Source of the DNA: Mobula birostris
Taxonomy: Eukaryota
NCBI RefSeq assembly: GCF_030028105.1
Contig: NC_092376.1
Location: 175,648,143-175,706,332, forward strand
DNA: 58,190 nucleotides
Direction: 5' to 3'
Shown: positions 11,863-24,163 of the stretch, in pieces
Layout of the letters: each line of letters opens with the position of its first letter
How positions within the stretch are numbered: position 1 is the first letter of the stretch
Translations under genes and position numbers: made by a program
Notes under the pieces: model-generated
What the model was told of the DNA's origin: nothing
The model's database searches: none
What the model saw: only the letters and a program-made list of their open reading frames with translations

Positions 11863-12199
11863 CTGTTGAAGCAAAAACAGTTTGATTACTTTCAAGACAG
11901 GTAACAATATCTCCTCGTAATACAGATCCGTTCATGTATTCACCATCCTCTGTATGAAAAGATGTTGCCCCTTAGATCCCTTTTTAAACGTTTCCATCTC
12001 ATCCTAAATCCATTCTCCCAACCTTTCGTCTGTCCTGGAGTGGACTACCATTCTAAATTCACCTTTGCACCTTGTCCAGGGCAGAGAAGTGGGCAGAAAA
12101 ATTATTGCAGACACTACCCACCCTGCACCCATCCACTGCCACCAAACCCATAGTTCCCTTACCCTGCACTGCTCATTTCTACCTCCTACTTAAGATCCA

Positions 12200-13290
12200 C
12201 AAACATGACTATCCAGGTAAGCCCATTGTCTCTGCCTGATCCGGCCACACTGAACTTGTCTTCATACTTGACTCTACTTTATCCCCCTTGGTTCAGTCCG
12301 TTCCCAGCTACATCCGTGACACTTCTCATGTTCTCAATCTCCTCACTGTTTCTCAATTCCCTGACCCTGACCACCTCATTTTCACTCTGGACATCTAATC
12401 CCTATACACTTCTATCCCCCAACAAGAAAGCCTTAAAGCTCTCTGCTTCTTTCTCAACAAAAGACTCATCCAGTTCTCCTCTTCCAACTGGCAGAACTGG
12501 TCCTCACTCGCAATAATTTCTCCTTCAGCTCCTCCTACTTTCTCCAGACTCGAGGGGTAGCCATGGGTACCCACATGGGCCACAGCTATGTCTGCCTTTT
12601 TGTTGGCTATGTGGACCAGTCTGTGTTCCAAGCCTTCCCCAGTAATGTTCCCCAACTCTTCCTCCACTACATTGACAACTGCATTGGTGCTGCTTCCTGA
12701 ACCCATGCTGAGCTCATCAACTTCATCAACTTTGCTTCCAACTTCCACCCTGCCCTTAAATTCATTTAGTCCATTTCTGATACTGTACCAGTCTTCGTTT
12801 TCTCTCAATCTCTCTATCTCCACCTCTGGAGACAAGCTGTCTACCAACATGTTTTCAAACCTACCAATTCCCATGGTTATCTTGACTAAAGCTCTTCCCA
12901 TCCAATTGTTCCCTTTCTCAGTACCTTCATCTCTGCCATGTCGGTTACAAGGATGAGGTTTTCCTTTCCTGGACATCAGAGATGTCCTCTTTCCTCAAAG
13001 AGCAGCGTTTCCCTTCCTCCACTATTGATACTGCCTTCCTCCATGTCCTGAACATCCATGCCCACCCCATCTTCCTGCCGCCTTAACAGTGATAGAGTTC
13101 CTCTTCTCCTTACCTACCACCCCAGCAGCCTCCACATCCAACACATCACTCTCCAAAACTTCCGCCACCTCCAAAGGGATGCTACCACCTTAATCTTAAT
13201 CACCTCCCTTCCACTTTCCACAGGGATCGCTTCCTCCATGATTCCCCTCGTCCATTTGTCCCTTCCCACTAATCTCTCCCCAGGCGCATA
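12200..13290 (+). mobile_element. Penelope-like element, RT fragment
   Basis: Reads QTRGVAMGTHMGHSYVCLFVGY and LFLHYIDNCIG, the PLE RT motifs GxAMGT and YIDD; DRVPLLLTYHP downstream. Confidence 0.85.
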
Positions 13291-13489
13291 CCCCTGAAAA
13301 TGGCCAAATAAATTAACCTCTTCTATATCCTTCTACTTTCCTCACAAGGGAGCAGAATTGGGCCATTTGGCCCATCGTGTTTGCTCCGCCATTCCATCAT
13401 GGATGACTTAATACTTCTCTCAACCTTATTCTCCTGCCTTCTTCCCGTAAACTGTGATACCCCGATTAATCAAGAACCTATCATCTCTG

Positions 13490-14990
13490 ATATTTAGGTA
13501 TTAATCTTCCCCCTCAACTGAAGGATTTAGTAAAGGTAAATTTTGATCCATTATTGCAGAGAATTTCATGTGATGTGTAGACAGATGGTCATCGTTGTAT
13601 TTGTCAATGTCGGGAAAAGTAAATGCCTTGAAGATGAATAGCATTCCAAAAGTTAATTATCTGTTCCAGTCATTACCAGTTCAAATCCCATTAACATATT
13701 TTAAGCAAATTGATAAAATAATTAAGGCTTTTATTTGGCATGGTAAATGTCCACACTTAAACTTTAACAAATTACAATTGCCAGTTGAAAGGGGCGGGGG
13801 GCTTAGGTTTGCCAAAGTTAATATATTATTACTATGCCTTTACTCTTAAGCATTTAGCACATTGGTCTCTCCCTCTGGAGAGCGTGCCTCCTTGGTATCG
13901 TATTGAGTGTTCTGCTCTTCCTCCCATCCCTCCATTACAATGTTTGTTTATCAAGTTACTTCCTGAGGCAAGTTCACCCAATTATATCGCATATGCATTT
14001 GTTTTGGAATAAACTAGCCAGATTATTTAAATTTAATCCATATTTGAATGAAGCCTCAAGTATGTGGATGAATCCAAAGTTGTGTATTGATAAGTCCCCT
14101 TTCTTCTGGAGGGAATGGCAAGGGAAAGGTATAATTAAATTGGGAGACCTTTATAATGGTGACAGTTTAAAAATCTTTTAATCAATTAACCCAACAGTAC
14201 GATATCTCTATGTCACAATTTTGGAGATATCTTCAACTGCGTCATTTACTACATACAACTTTTGGTTCTACACAGTGACCCTACAAGTTGCTATGATATT
14301 GTCTACTGTACTGGCTGCATATGGTAAAGGTCATGAAGCCTCAACTTATTATTCAGCTTTAACACAAATCTCCGGGGAAAAATTTCTGTTGGGTTTTAAA
14401 AGAGCATGGGAAAAAGACCTGAGTGTGACTTTTGAGACAAAGGAGTGGGACAAAATTTGCAAAAATGTCAAAACAATGTCAAGAGACCTGAGGGTGCGCC
14501 TTATTCAGTTTAAGATCCTACACCGTTTCTATTGGACTGCAGCAGGGTTACATACATTAGGGCTGAAAAACACCCCTGAATACTGGCACTGTCAGTTGGA
14601 TAAAGGGACTTAGTACATGCGCTCTGGTCCTGTCCCAGAGTTCAAGAATTTTGGATTATGATACATAAGTATATTGGTGAAGTTTCGGGTATTCAACTCC
14701 CTTTCTGCCCCAGACTTTTTGTCTTGAGAGACACCCTTGGGTTACTTGGGGATAAACACTCTCAAGATTGGACCCAGACAAGTATAATGGTGGGAAGACA
14801 AATTATGCTTAGAGGCTGGAGGACCTGGGGGGGGGGGGCCAATCATTTCAGGAGTGGGTCACAGAAATAGCCAAAGTGGCAGCTTTTGAATGCACATCTT
14901 ACAAACAGTTTGATAGATTGGACATCCATACACAAAAATGGGGCAAATATTTAGGTTTCCTGGGGGAGGAAATAGTGGTGAATGTGTGGT
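13490..14990 (+). mobile_element. L1/Tx1-clade LINE, C-terminal fragment
   Basis: YLGINL, KMNSIPKVNYLFQSLP, FIWHGK, GGLGLP, IQFKILHRFYWT and a Cys/His knuckle (WHCQLDKGT..HALWSCP). Confidence 0.88.
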
Positions 14991-15189
14991 GAAGCATATT
15001 GCTGAATGGCAGCCTTTTCTGTTATTAGAAGTCTAAATAGACACACATGGTTATTATATTGATATTTATTTCTGCCATGTTTGTTTTTTATTTTATGGAT
15101 AATTCTATGTTTTGTAAGCTATGATTTACATAATTTCAACACTGACTCAAGGGTTCAGGGAAAAATTTGCACAAGGACTCCCAAGTCTC

Positions 15190-16420
15190 TTTGCACCTTT
15201 GATTTTTTAAGAATGCTCTCCCCATTTAGAAACTAGTCTACACCTTTATTCCTTCAGCCGAAGTGCATGATCATACACTTCCGACACTGCATTCCATTTG
15301 CCACTTCTTTGCCGATTCTCCAAGTCCTTCTGCAGACACTCTGCTGCCTCAAAATTATTTGCCCCTCCACCTATCTTCATATTGTCCGCAAACTTGGCCA
15401 CAAAGGCACCAATTCCTTCATCTAAATCATTGACATATAACGTGAAAAGAAGCGGTCCCAACACAGTCCCCTGTGGAACACCGCTAGTCACTGGAAGCCA
15501 ACCAGAAAAGGCTCCCTTTATTCCCACTCTCTGCCTCCTGCCAGTCAGCCACTCTTCTACCTATACTAGTATCTTTCCTGTAATACCATGGGCTGTATCC
15601 TGTACCTATCTAAACATCTGTTAAAAGTCTCTAATGTATCTGCCTCTACCCCCACCCCAATCTGCACATTCCAGGCACCCACCACTCTCTGTGTAAAAAA
15701 AACTTTCCCTTCAGTCCTCCTTTGAGATTACCGCCTCTCACCTTCAATGCATTCCCTCTGGTATTAGACATTTCAACCCTTGGAAAAAAATATTGTCTTT
15801 CTACTCCATCTGCGTCTCATAATCTTATAAACTTCTATCAGATCTCCCCTCAGCCTCCACTGCGCCAGAGGAAACAACCCACATTTGTCCAGCCTCTCAA
15901 GGGAGTGTGATAGTACTATACTCTCAATACATTGTTTTTTGACCAGAAGTTGGTGAGGCCTGTGTGCAGTTTTGGTCGCCTACTTACAGGAGAGATGTAA
16001 ATAAGATTGAAAGAGTGCAGAGAAAATTTACAACAATGTTGTAACCTGAGTCGTAGGGAAAGGTTGAAAGAGTTAGAACTTTATTCTCTAGAACATAGAA
16101 GACTGAGGGGAGAGCTGATTAGAGGTGTACAGATAGGGTTAATGCAAGCAAGTTTTTCCCACTGAGGTTGAGTGAGACTAGAACTGGGTTAAAGGTGAAA
16201 GGTGAAAAGTTTAAAGGGAATGTGAGGGAAAACTTCTTCACTCAGAGGGTGGTGAGAGCATGCAATGAGCTGCCAGTGGAAGTGGTGATGCAGATTCAAT
16301 CGCAATATTTAACAGAAATTTGGATAATTACTTGGATGGGAGGGCTATGGTCTGGGTGCAGGCCGGTGGGACTAGACAGATTAATGGTTTGCCATAGACT
16401 AGACGGGCTGAAGGGGTCTG
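15190..16420. mobile_element. Cluster of CR1 RT and 3' fragments in both orientations
   Basis: GVPQGTVLGP..KFADN on minus; FFTQRVV and the 3' tail on plus. Confidence 0.8.
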
Positions 16421-16592
16421 ACTCTCGTTACACCACAAGCAAACTCTAGCTTCTAGAAGAGATGACGGAAGAGGTGGGCTGGAGTGGGAGGAATGGTCGA
16501 ATATAGTGTCAATTAGACAGCCAACAACTGCTACATACCCTGAGGCTGGGGTTGGATCCTGGGTGCTCTGGTCGGAGCAGGTTTCTTCTCAC

Positions 16593-16641
16593 CCTGAACA
16601 AGTTGGAAGAGAAGCCAGTTCTGAAGCCAAGATTCAAATTC
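16593..16641 (-). CDS. CD74: CD74 exon 6: trimerization domain end EFESWLQNWLLFQLVQ(G)
   Basis: Acceptor tttctgtgttttccag, donor CAGG|gtgaga, 49 nt, phase 0 to 1. Matches human VFESWMHHWLLFEM. Confidence 0.95.
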
Positions 16642-16691
16642 CTGGAAAACACAGAAACGAGTGAGTAGTTAGGGGTTATTTCCAATAGTCC

Positions 16692-17039
16692 CAGTAATTC
16701 TCCTTTTCAGCTGCACGCACCAACCATTGCTCTGAGCAAGAAATTTTTACACGGCCGAATACCGATGGCACTTTAACCGTTATTTTTTGTAATATGAATA
16801 CTCTGAATATTTAGAATGAAAATTGAAAAATCACATTTTTAAAATTTTTATTTATTAATTTAGGGTAAAATTAAATACCTTGAATATAGTTTATGTTAAA
16901 TGTATATTAAAATATAATTTCAAAATTATGTAACATTAGATAAAAGAAAATTCCAGCTGCAAGGCAACAAAGGCTATGTGCGTGGGAGCATTTCTGTTAC
17001 TGTGCAGCCACGCACCTGCGTAGCTTAGAGGGAACAGTG
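16692..17039. mobile_element. Possible hAT-type MITE remnant
   Basis: Right end gcttagagggaacagtg resembles a CAGTGTTCCCTCTAAG-type TIR; the left end is degenerate; the interior is AT-rich. Confidence 0.35.
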
Positions 17040-17659
17040 GTCTTGGCCCGAATAGTCAACTGTTTATTCCCCTCAGTTGCCTGAGCCACTGAGTTGGTCC
17101 AGCATTTTGTGCTCTAGAGAGGCTGGGGACTCTTTTCCCAGGAATGATATAGGCTGAGTGTTGCCCTTTATAAGGGGCGGGGGGGGGGGGAGGGCAGAGA
17201 AAGTCACATTCTTAATCCCAGGGCAGGGGAGTCAAAGATGAGAGTGAATGGCTTCCAAATGAGAGGGGAAAGAGTTAAAGCAGATCTGAGGGGCAATGTT
17301 TTCCACCCACAGGCTGAAGGATATGTGGAAGTGGCAGAGGGCAGGGTGGATACAGTTAGAGCTTTTGAGAAACTTGAGTGGGTACATGGATAGAAGGAGG
17401 TGCAAGGAACGAACGGGGCTTATTTTGCTGATGATGTTTCTTAGTTTGTTGTCTCCTGTGTTGTTCTACTGAACGTTATGGACATGCTGTGTTGGTGCCG
17501 GAATGTGTGGCAACTCTTGCCAGCTGCCCCCTGCACACTTTTGGGTGTGTTGGTTGTTAACATGAACGATGCATTTCATTGTACATACCATACGTGTGAT
17601 AAATAAATCTGAACAGAGACAAGCCAACTGCAGGCAAATGGGATTAGCTCAGACAGGAA

Positions 17660-18100
17660 CAGGCAGCACGATATCGTAGTGGTTAGCATAATGCTTTACA
17701 CACCAGTGATCGGGGTTCAATTCCCACCGCTGTCTGCAAGGAGTTTGTGTGCTCTTCAGATAGGAATCCCAGATAGGAACACACGGCGTGGTAGCATAGA
17801 GGTTAACGTAATGCTTTACAGCACAAGTAATAGGGGTTCAATTCTGCTGCTCTCTATAAGGAGTTTGTACGTTCTCCCCGTGACCATGGGAGTTTCCTCC
17901 GGGTGCTCCGGTTTCCACCAACTTTACAAAAACGTACAGTTTGGCTTAGTGAGTTATGGGCATTCATTCTATGTTGGCACTGGAAGGGTGGCAACACGTG
18001 CGGGCTGCCCCCAGCACATCATTGGATTACGTTGGTCGTTGACACAAATGACACACTTCACTGTATGTTTTGACGTTTCGATGTACACTTGACAAATAAT
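17660..18100 (+). mobile_element. tRNA-derived SINE cluster (further copies e.g. 18790-18960, 19660-19840, 24370-24660, 26820-27060, 28700-29420)
   Basis: A box TAGTGGTTAG and B box GGTTCAATTCC followed by the shared core gtaaggagtttgtacgttctccccgtgacc. Confidence 0.85.
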
Positions 18101-19092
18101 CTTTAATCTTGGTCAGCACGGGTGAGTTGGGCCAAAGGAGCCTGTTTTCATACTGTGATTGTATGGAGCACAAAGGCCAAATAGACCAAATGATTCTTCC
18201 TATAGTGTAGCTTGCAGAGGTAGTTACTTTAACGGAGTTGTGGCGCATAGAACACCCTGCTGGACTGTGGTGGTGGAGGCACGCACCTTGGGGACATTTA
18301 AAAGACTCTTAGGTGGGCACCTGGGTGATAGAAAAATGGAGGGCTATGTGGAAGGGAAGGGTTAAATTGATCTTAGAGCAGGGTAAAATGACGGCACAAC
18401 ATCATGGACAAAAGGACCTGCACTGTGTTATAATGTTATATGTTCATGTTCTATATTCTGTGTTCTGAAGTCTGTGTTTTGTGGTCCGTGTTCTGTACTC
18501 TAAAACTCTACAATAGGTTTCAATAGGCACATTTAACGTCACAGAAATGTATACAATATACATCCTGAAATTATTTTTCTTCGCAAACATCCATGAAAAC
18601 AGAGAATTACCCCAATGAATGAATGACAGTTAAAATGTTAGAACCCCAAAGCCCCCCCTCAAGTCCCCCTCACACACCCAAGCAGCAACAAGGCAGTGAC
18701 TACCCCCTACCCCCACCAGCAAAAACGCATCAGCACCCTCCACCGAGCACTCAAGCGTGCAGCAGAGCATCAAAAAACAAGACACATTAGGGCAGAATGG
18801 TAGTGGAGTGGTTATCACAACACTTCACAGCCCCAGCGACCCGTGTTCAATTCCTGCCGCTGTCTGTAAGAAGTGTGTACGTTCTACCCGTGACCGCGTG
18901 CCTTTCCTCTGGGTGTACTGGTTCCTCCCTCAGGCCACAGGCGTACGTGTTGGTAGGCGCGTTTGAAACTGAATGGCATGTGCTTGCTGTGCCGGGAGGA
19001 CCGGTTCCCTCAATAAATAAAACAGCTAAAGCACTACAGCTGACAGGAAGAAACCCTCTCCACAACCAAGTGATTTTCCCGCCATCACACAC

Positions 19093-19188
19093 CTGCCAGT
19101 CAGTTTCCTTCAGGTTCTGTTTCAGGAGTTTCAGGTTGTTGGAGAAACCCTCCTTCAGTTCTGGCATCTCCACGCTCTTGTTTCCTTC
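19093..19188 (-). CDS. CD74: CD74 exon 5: trimerization domain EGNKSVEMPELKEGFSNNLKLLKQNLKETDWQ
   Basis: Acceptor caactccag, donor CAG|gtgtgt, 96 nt (same as the human exon), phase 0 to 0. Resembles [25 protein letters not shown]; NKS sequon. Confidence 0.94.
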
Positions 19189-20257
19189 CTGGAGTTGAAC
19201 GGGAAAGAGAATATGACTGTCAAACCAACGCTCCTCCAAAGAAGACAAGAGGTACTCAGCTTCTAGCCTTAAATCTCCTCAATAACGAGAGACACAAGGG
19301 AGCGTAGGTGCTGGAATTTGCAGTGACATACGGCTGCAGGAACTCAGTGCCTATGGGGTGAGGGGAAGGAAGGAAGGAATTGTTGCTGTTTTGTGTTGAA
19401 ACCCTATCTCAGGACCGAGAATGGAGAGGGGAGGTGACTGGTATAGAGCAGGGAGAAGAGGAGAGGATTCCGTGCAGATTGGCAGACTGAGAAGGGGTGT
19501 GGGATGACAGGCCATGGTGACAGGTAGGGAAGTGGGGTTGGGAGACAGTATTAGGTGAGTGATAGATTGAGACAGACAGATGATTCTGGAAGCACAATGG
19601 CACAGTTCACTGAAAGCAGCCACAGGTAGGTGGAGAAGGCATTTAGCCCAGCGGAACAGTAGTGTAGCGGTTAGTGCAATCACTTTACATCACCAGTGAT
19701 CACTGATCGGGGTTCAATTCCCACCGCTGTCTGTAAGGAATTTGTACGTTCTCCCTGTGACGACATGGGTTTCCTCCAAATAATCTGGTTTCTTCCCACG
19801 TTCCAAAGATGTTCTGGTTAAGGTTAGTGAGCTGTGGCCTAGACTGAGTGGATGTGGAGAGATGTTTCCTATAGTGGGGGAGTCTAGGACCAGAGGGCAC
19901 AGCCTCAGAATAGAGGGACGTCCCTTAGAAAACAGAAATGAGGAGGTATTTCTTTAGCCAGAGGATGGTAAATCTGTGGAATTCAGTGACACAGACGGCT
20001 GTGGAGGCCAAGCTATTGGGTATATTTAAAATGTAGGTTGATAGGTTCTTGATTAGTTAGGGCATTAAAGGTTACGGGAGAGAAGGCAGAAGAATGGGGT
20101 TGAGGGGGATAATAAATCAGCCATGATGGAATGGAGGAGCAGGCTCGATGGGCTGAATGGCCTGATGCTGCTCCTGTCTCTCATGGTGTACAATGGGCCA
20201 GATAGACTCTCTTTGTGCTCTGGGAATCAGCGGTTGGACAGCAGATCAGAGACACAC

Positions 20258-20317
20258 CTTCAGTAGCTGTTGCACTTGTTCCAGCATGCTCGTCGGCTGG
20301 GGAGTGGTTGCCGGAGC
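20258..20317 (-). CDS. CD74: CD74 exon 4: APATTPQPTSMLEQVQQLLK
   Basis: Acceptor gtgttttccacag, donor AAG|gtgtgt, 60 nt, phase 0 to 0. The C-terminal half resembles human MTEDHVMHLLQ. Confidence 0.9.
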
Positions 20318-20517
20318 CTGTGGAAAACACAAGGGTGAAGAAGATGACCATCCCAGTGTTCACAACTGTCATCGTGCACTTATTCTCAAACTACGTGTAC
20401 GTCACCATATACCACCTTAAAGTTCATTTTCTTACAGCAAGTCACAGGAAAACTAAGAAATAGAATAGAATTTATAAAGAACAAGATGTAAATAATGACA
20501 GACATTGTGCAAAAGAA

Positions 20518-20781
20518 NNNNNNNNNNNNNNNNNNNNNNNNNNNNNNNNNNNNNNNNNNNNNNNNNNNNNNNNNNNNNNNNNNNNNNNNNNNNNNNNNNN
20601 NNNNNNNNNNNNNNNNNNNNNNNNNNNNNNNNNNNNNNNNNNNNNNNNNNNNNNNNNNNNNNNNNNNNNNNNNNNNNNNNNNNNNNNNNNNNNNNNNNNN
20701 NNNNNNNNNNNNNNNNNNNNNNNNNNNNNNNNNNNNNNNNNNNNNNNNNNNNNNNNNNNNNNNNNNNNNNNNNNNNNNNNN
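20518..20781. other. Assembly gap (264 N) in CD74 intron 3
   Basis: Run of N. Confidence 1.
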
Positions 20782-20902
20782 GGGGGGGAGAGGGGGGGGG
20801 AGAGGGGGGGGGGAGAGGGGGGGGGGAGAGGGGGGGAGAGGGGGGGAGAGGGGGGGGAGAGGGGGGGGAGAGGGGGGGGAGAGGGGGGGGGAGGGGGGGG
20901 GA
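20782..20902 (+). repeat. (G7-10 AGA)n G-rich simple repeat
   Basis: Seen directly; adjoins the gap. Confidence 0.95.
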
Positions 20903-21200
20903 GATAGATAGAGTTCTATTCTGAATCAATGGAAGGTTCTTCAAGTCTCCACTGACCCCCAAGGACTGGCATCTGTTGAAACTAATTTGATGGACTGTGT
21001 CCATCAATGTCATCACAAAGTCACTCTCCCACCCAGTGAGATACTTCCACAGAGCAGTCTATGCACAGTTGTACTGGCAAAACATTCCCCCACCCACATG
21101 AAAACCAGCCAACAATTCATCCCTCTAATTCATGTGCCTTCTCTCCCTTTCACACATTCACTCTATCACAACTTCCTCATTGCCTCCGATGGAAGGTCAC

Positions 21201-21283
21201 CTTTGGAGCCTCGGCCTTGGGGTCTATGTACGACATAGGGAGATCCATGATCATGGGCCGCATATGCATGACTGGTTTCGGTC
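21201..21283 (-). CDS. CD74: CD74 exon 3: CLIP (R)PKPVMHMRPMIMDLPMSYIDPKAEAPK
   Basis: Acceptor ttttacccttcag, donor AAG|gtgacc, 83 nt, phase 1 to 0. Matches human [20 protein letters not shown]. Confidence 0.93.
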
Positions 21284-22101
21284 CTGAAGGGTAAAAAAAT
21301 TGGAATTGCTTTATCACTGTTACATGTATTGAGATACGGTGAAAAGTTTGTCTTGCAGTCTGTTCACACAGATCAGATCATTACACGGGGCATTGAGGTA
21401 GAACAAGGGAAAACAATAACAGGATGCAGAATAGAGTGTCACAGTTACAGAGAAAGTGCAGTGCAGGTAGACAATAACGTGCAAGGTCATAACGAGGTAG
21501 ATTGTGGTGCCAAGAGACCATCTTATCGTACTCTTATTGTTCACCCAGAACAAGGGCATCACAGTAGTCTGGCAGTTAGTATAACATTTTACATTGCCTG
21601 CTGTCTATAAGTTGTCTATAAGGAGTTTGTACGTTCTCCCAGTGACCACGTTGGGTTTCCTCTGGCTGCTCCAGCCTCACACTCCTTTCAAACCTCTCCC
21701 CGCTGACATTAAACTTCTCTCCTCTATTTTTACTTGGGAATACGGCACAATAACAGGCCCCTCCAGTCTGAAGAGTCCGCCACACCCAATTACCCCAAAG
21801 TGACCAATTAACCTACTAGCCCTTACGCTTTTGGAATGTGGAGGAAACCAGGGCAACCAGGGCACCTGGAGGAAACCCACATGGTCACGAAGAGAACGTG
21901 CAAACTCCTTTCAGGGGACAGCAGGAATTGAACCCAAGTCACTGGGGCTGTAGAGTGTTGTACTAACCACCACATTTACCATCCATCTCACTTGTGTGAG
22001 TCGTTTTGCAATCTGATCGGTATCCAGATGTTTGAATACGGAATCCACACAGCTCATTTCAGTGGGATTAGATCTGAACGGAAGTCAGGGAGCGTGCTTA
22101 C

Positions 22102-22280
22102 TGAACGGGCCGCTGCTTGGTTGGCGCTTGCGTTCAATCCGATCCGTCGTCTTCTGCAGGTTCGTTATCTTGTCCTGTTGTTTCAACAGGAACATGACAC
22201 TGACCACCTGCCCAGCGATCAGCATGGCCACCAGGATCGACACGCCGCTGTAGAGGAAGACACGCTTCCAGCTGGTGCCC
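22102..22280 (-). CDS. CD74: CD74 exon 2: TM/membrane-proximal GTSWKRVFLYSGVSILVAMLIAGQVVSVMFLLKQQDKITNLQKTTDRIERKRQPSSGPF
   Basis: Acceptor ctgctttcag, donor gtaagc, 179 nt, phase 2 to 1. Resembles human [26 protein letters not shown]. Confidence 0.96.
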
Positions 22281-22439
22281 CTGAAAGCAGATCACACTGG
22301 TAAGGAGGAGAAAAAAGCTCAAAGGTACGAGGCATTGCCAAACTTACCCAGTGTATGAGTGGACTTAGAGCCATGGACAGATACAACACAGAAGTAGGCC
22401 CTTTGGCCCATCAAATCCATGCTGAACAACACCAGCCAA

Positions 22440-22800
22440 CCCACCAGCAAGGGCATATATACAGAAAGGTGCTGGAAAAGGGCCAGTAACATCATGAAGG
22501 ATCCCACACACCTTGCTCATGGACTGTTTGTCCCACTCCCATCAGGGAAGAGGGTACATAGCATCCACAGCAGGACCACCGAACTCAAAAACAGTTACTT
22601 TCCCCAATCAGTAAGACTGATCAACACCCCCTCCACACCCCCAACCACAACTACTTTATTATTTCCTGTCAGAATCACCTTATGTACAGACGCTCCTGTG
22701 CCTAGTATCACATACAGTCAATCTATAGGCTGTATTATGTATTTATATTTATTGTGTATGTTGTCATTATTATGTTCTTTATCTTATTGTGCTTTTTTGT
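22440..22800 (+). mobile_element. Rex1/Babar LINE 3' fragment
   Basis: RASNIMKDPTHLAHGLFVPLPSGKR..KNSYFPQSVRL. Confidence 0.8.
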
Positions 22801-22999
22801 GCTGAATCAGATCTGGACTAACAATTATTCTGTTCTCCTTGTGTACTGGAAATGGCATTAAACAATCTTCATTCAGCTTCACTGAACTGTTCCCGCAACT
22901 TTGAATCTTGACTCTTGAACTACCCAAAAAAGTTAATTAATCAGTGGAACTAATAGAATTTCATTAACGTCTTCAGACTTATGAGCAACATATGGGAAT

Positions 23000-23420
23000 C
23001 AACCAAGTACAGCTTCCACACCAAGGTGAAGCTGAAGAAGAGCTGTTCTGTCCACACTCTTGTACAAGTCAGAATGCTGGCACGTGACAGAGAGTGACCT
23101 TGACAAGCTGTCTTCATTCTCCTCCATGGGTCTCTGGAAGATCCTCTGTATTTTCTGGCCAAGAAAGATCCCCAACCAACCCTACTCCTTCACTGTCACC
23201 AAGAGGACATGGCCACAGCCATCATGAGGAAATGCTGGAGATGTACTGAGGAGAGAGGCCGACTCCATCATCACTTCATTAGGCTCCTCAATGGTGGAGG
23301 AAACGTCGGAGACCAAAGACAACCTGCCACCATACCATACAGGCAGAAATGAGGACCCTGAACCACAGCTGGGGCATGATAGAGAAGATGGAAAGAACAG
23401 ACAGAGATGGAAGACCTTCA
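23000..23420 (+). mobile_element. RTE-clade LINE 3' fragment, decayed
   Basis: Remnants of RGRPKTTW and ..KNRQRWKTFI, typical of RTE C-termini. Confidence 0.55.
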
Positions 23421-23444
23421 TTGTGAAAAACAAAAAAAAATCTA

Positions 23445-23700
23445 GTGGCCGGCAGTTCTGCAGGTGTTACACCTCTCTTGTTAATGAGAGAGCTCAGAGG
23501 AGAACGGCCAGACTGGCTCAAGCTGACAGGAAGGTGACAGTAACTCAAATACCACGTGTTACAACTGTGGTGTGCAGAAGAACATTCCTGAATGCACAAC
23601 ATGCCAAACCTTGAAGCTAATGGGCTACAGCAGCAGAAGACCATGAGCGTACACTCAGTGGCCACTTTACTAGATACAAGAGGAACCACCTGACTTCCAG
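23445..23700. mobile_element. Tc1/mariner non-autonomous remnant
   Basis: tacactcagtggccacttta TIR-like end and an internal block shared with 52522-52900. Confidence 0.7.
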
Positions 23701-23857
23701 CGCTGTGTGCGTTTCGCATGTTCTGTCTCTCAGCATGTGCCTTCCCCACATGCTGCAGTTTCCTCCTGCATCCCAGAGATGTGCAAGTCAAGTCAGGTGG
23801 AATATTAGGACTATTGAGATTGATGGAAAGGGAACAATTGACAGAGAAGAAGAGAGA

Positions 23858-24037
23858 NNNNNNNNNNNNNNNNNNNNNNNNNNNNNNNNNNNNNNNNNNN
23901 NNNNNNNNNNNNNNNNNNNNNNNNNNNNNNNNNNNNNNNNNNNNNNNNNNNNNNNNNNNNNNNNNNNNNNNNNNNNNNNNNNNNNNNNNNNNNNNNNNNN
24001 NNNNNNNNNNNNNNNNNNNNNNNNNNNNNNNNNNNNN
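23858..24037. other. Assembly gap (180 N) in CD74 intron 1
   Basis: Run of N following an (AG)n tract. Confidence 1.
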
Positions 24038-24163
24038 GGAGTTTCCTAATGAGATCAGTGTCAATTAATATTGAATTGTAACAGGAGGAATTCCCCTGAA
24101 ACTGTTCAGGAAAAATTCCATTGGTTGGCAAGACAAATAATAATGAAGGGAACTTCCAATCAG
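24038..24163. promoter_or_regulatory. Intron-1 kB-site cluster with CCAATCAG
   Basis: GGAATTCCCC 24087-24096 and GGGAACTTCC 24148-24157 fit GGGRNNYYCC; near-matches GGAGTTTCC (24038, abutting the gap) and GGAAAAATTCC; CCAATCAG 24156-24163. Confidence 0.45.
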
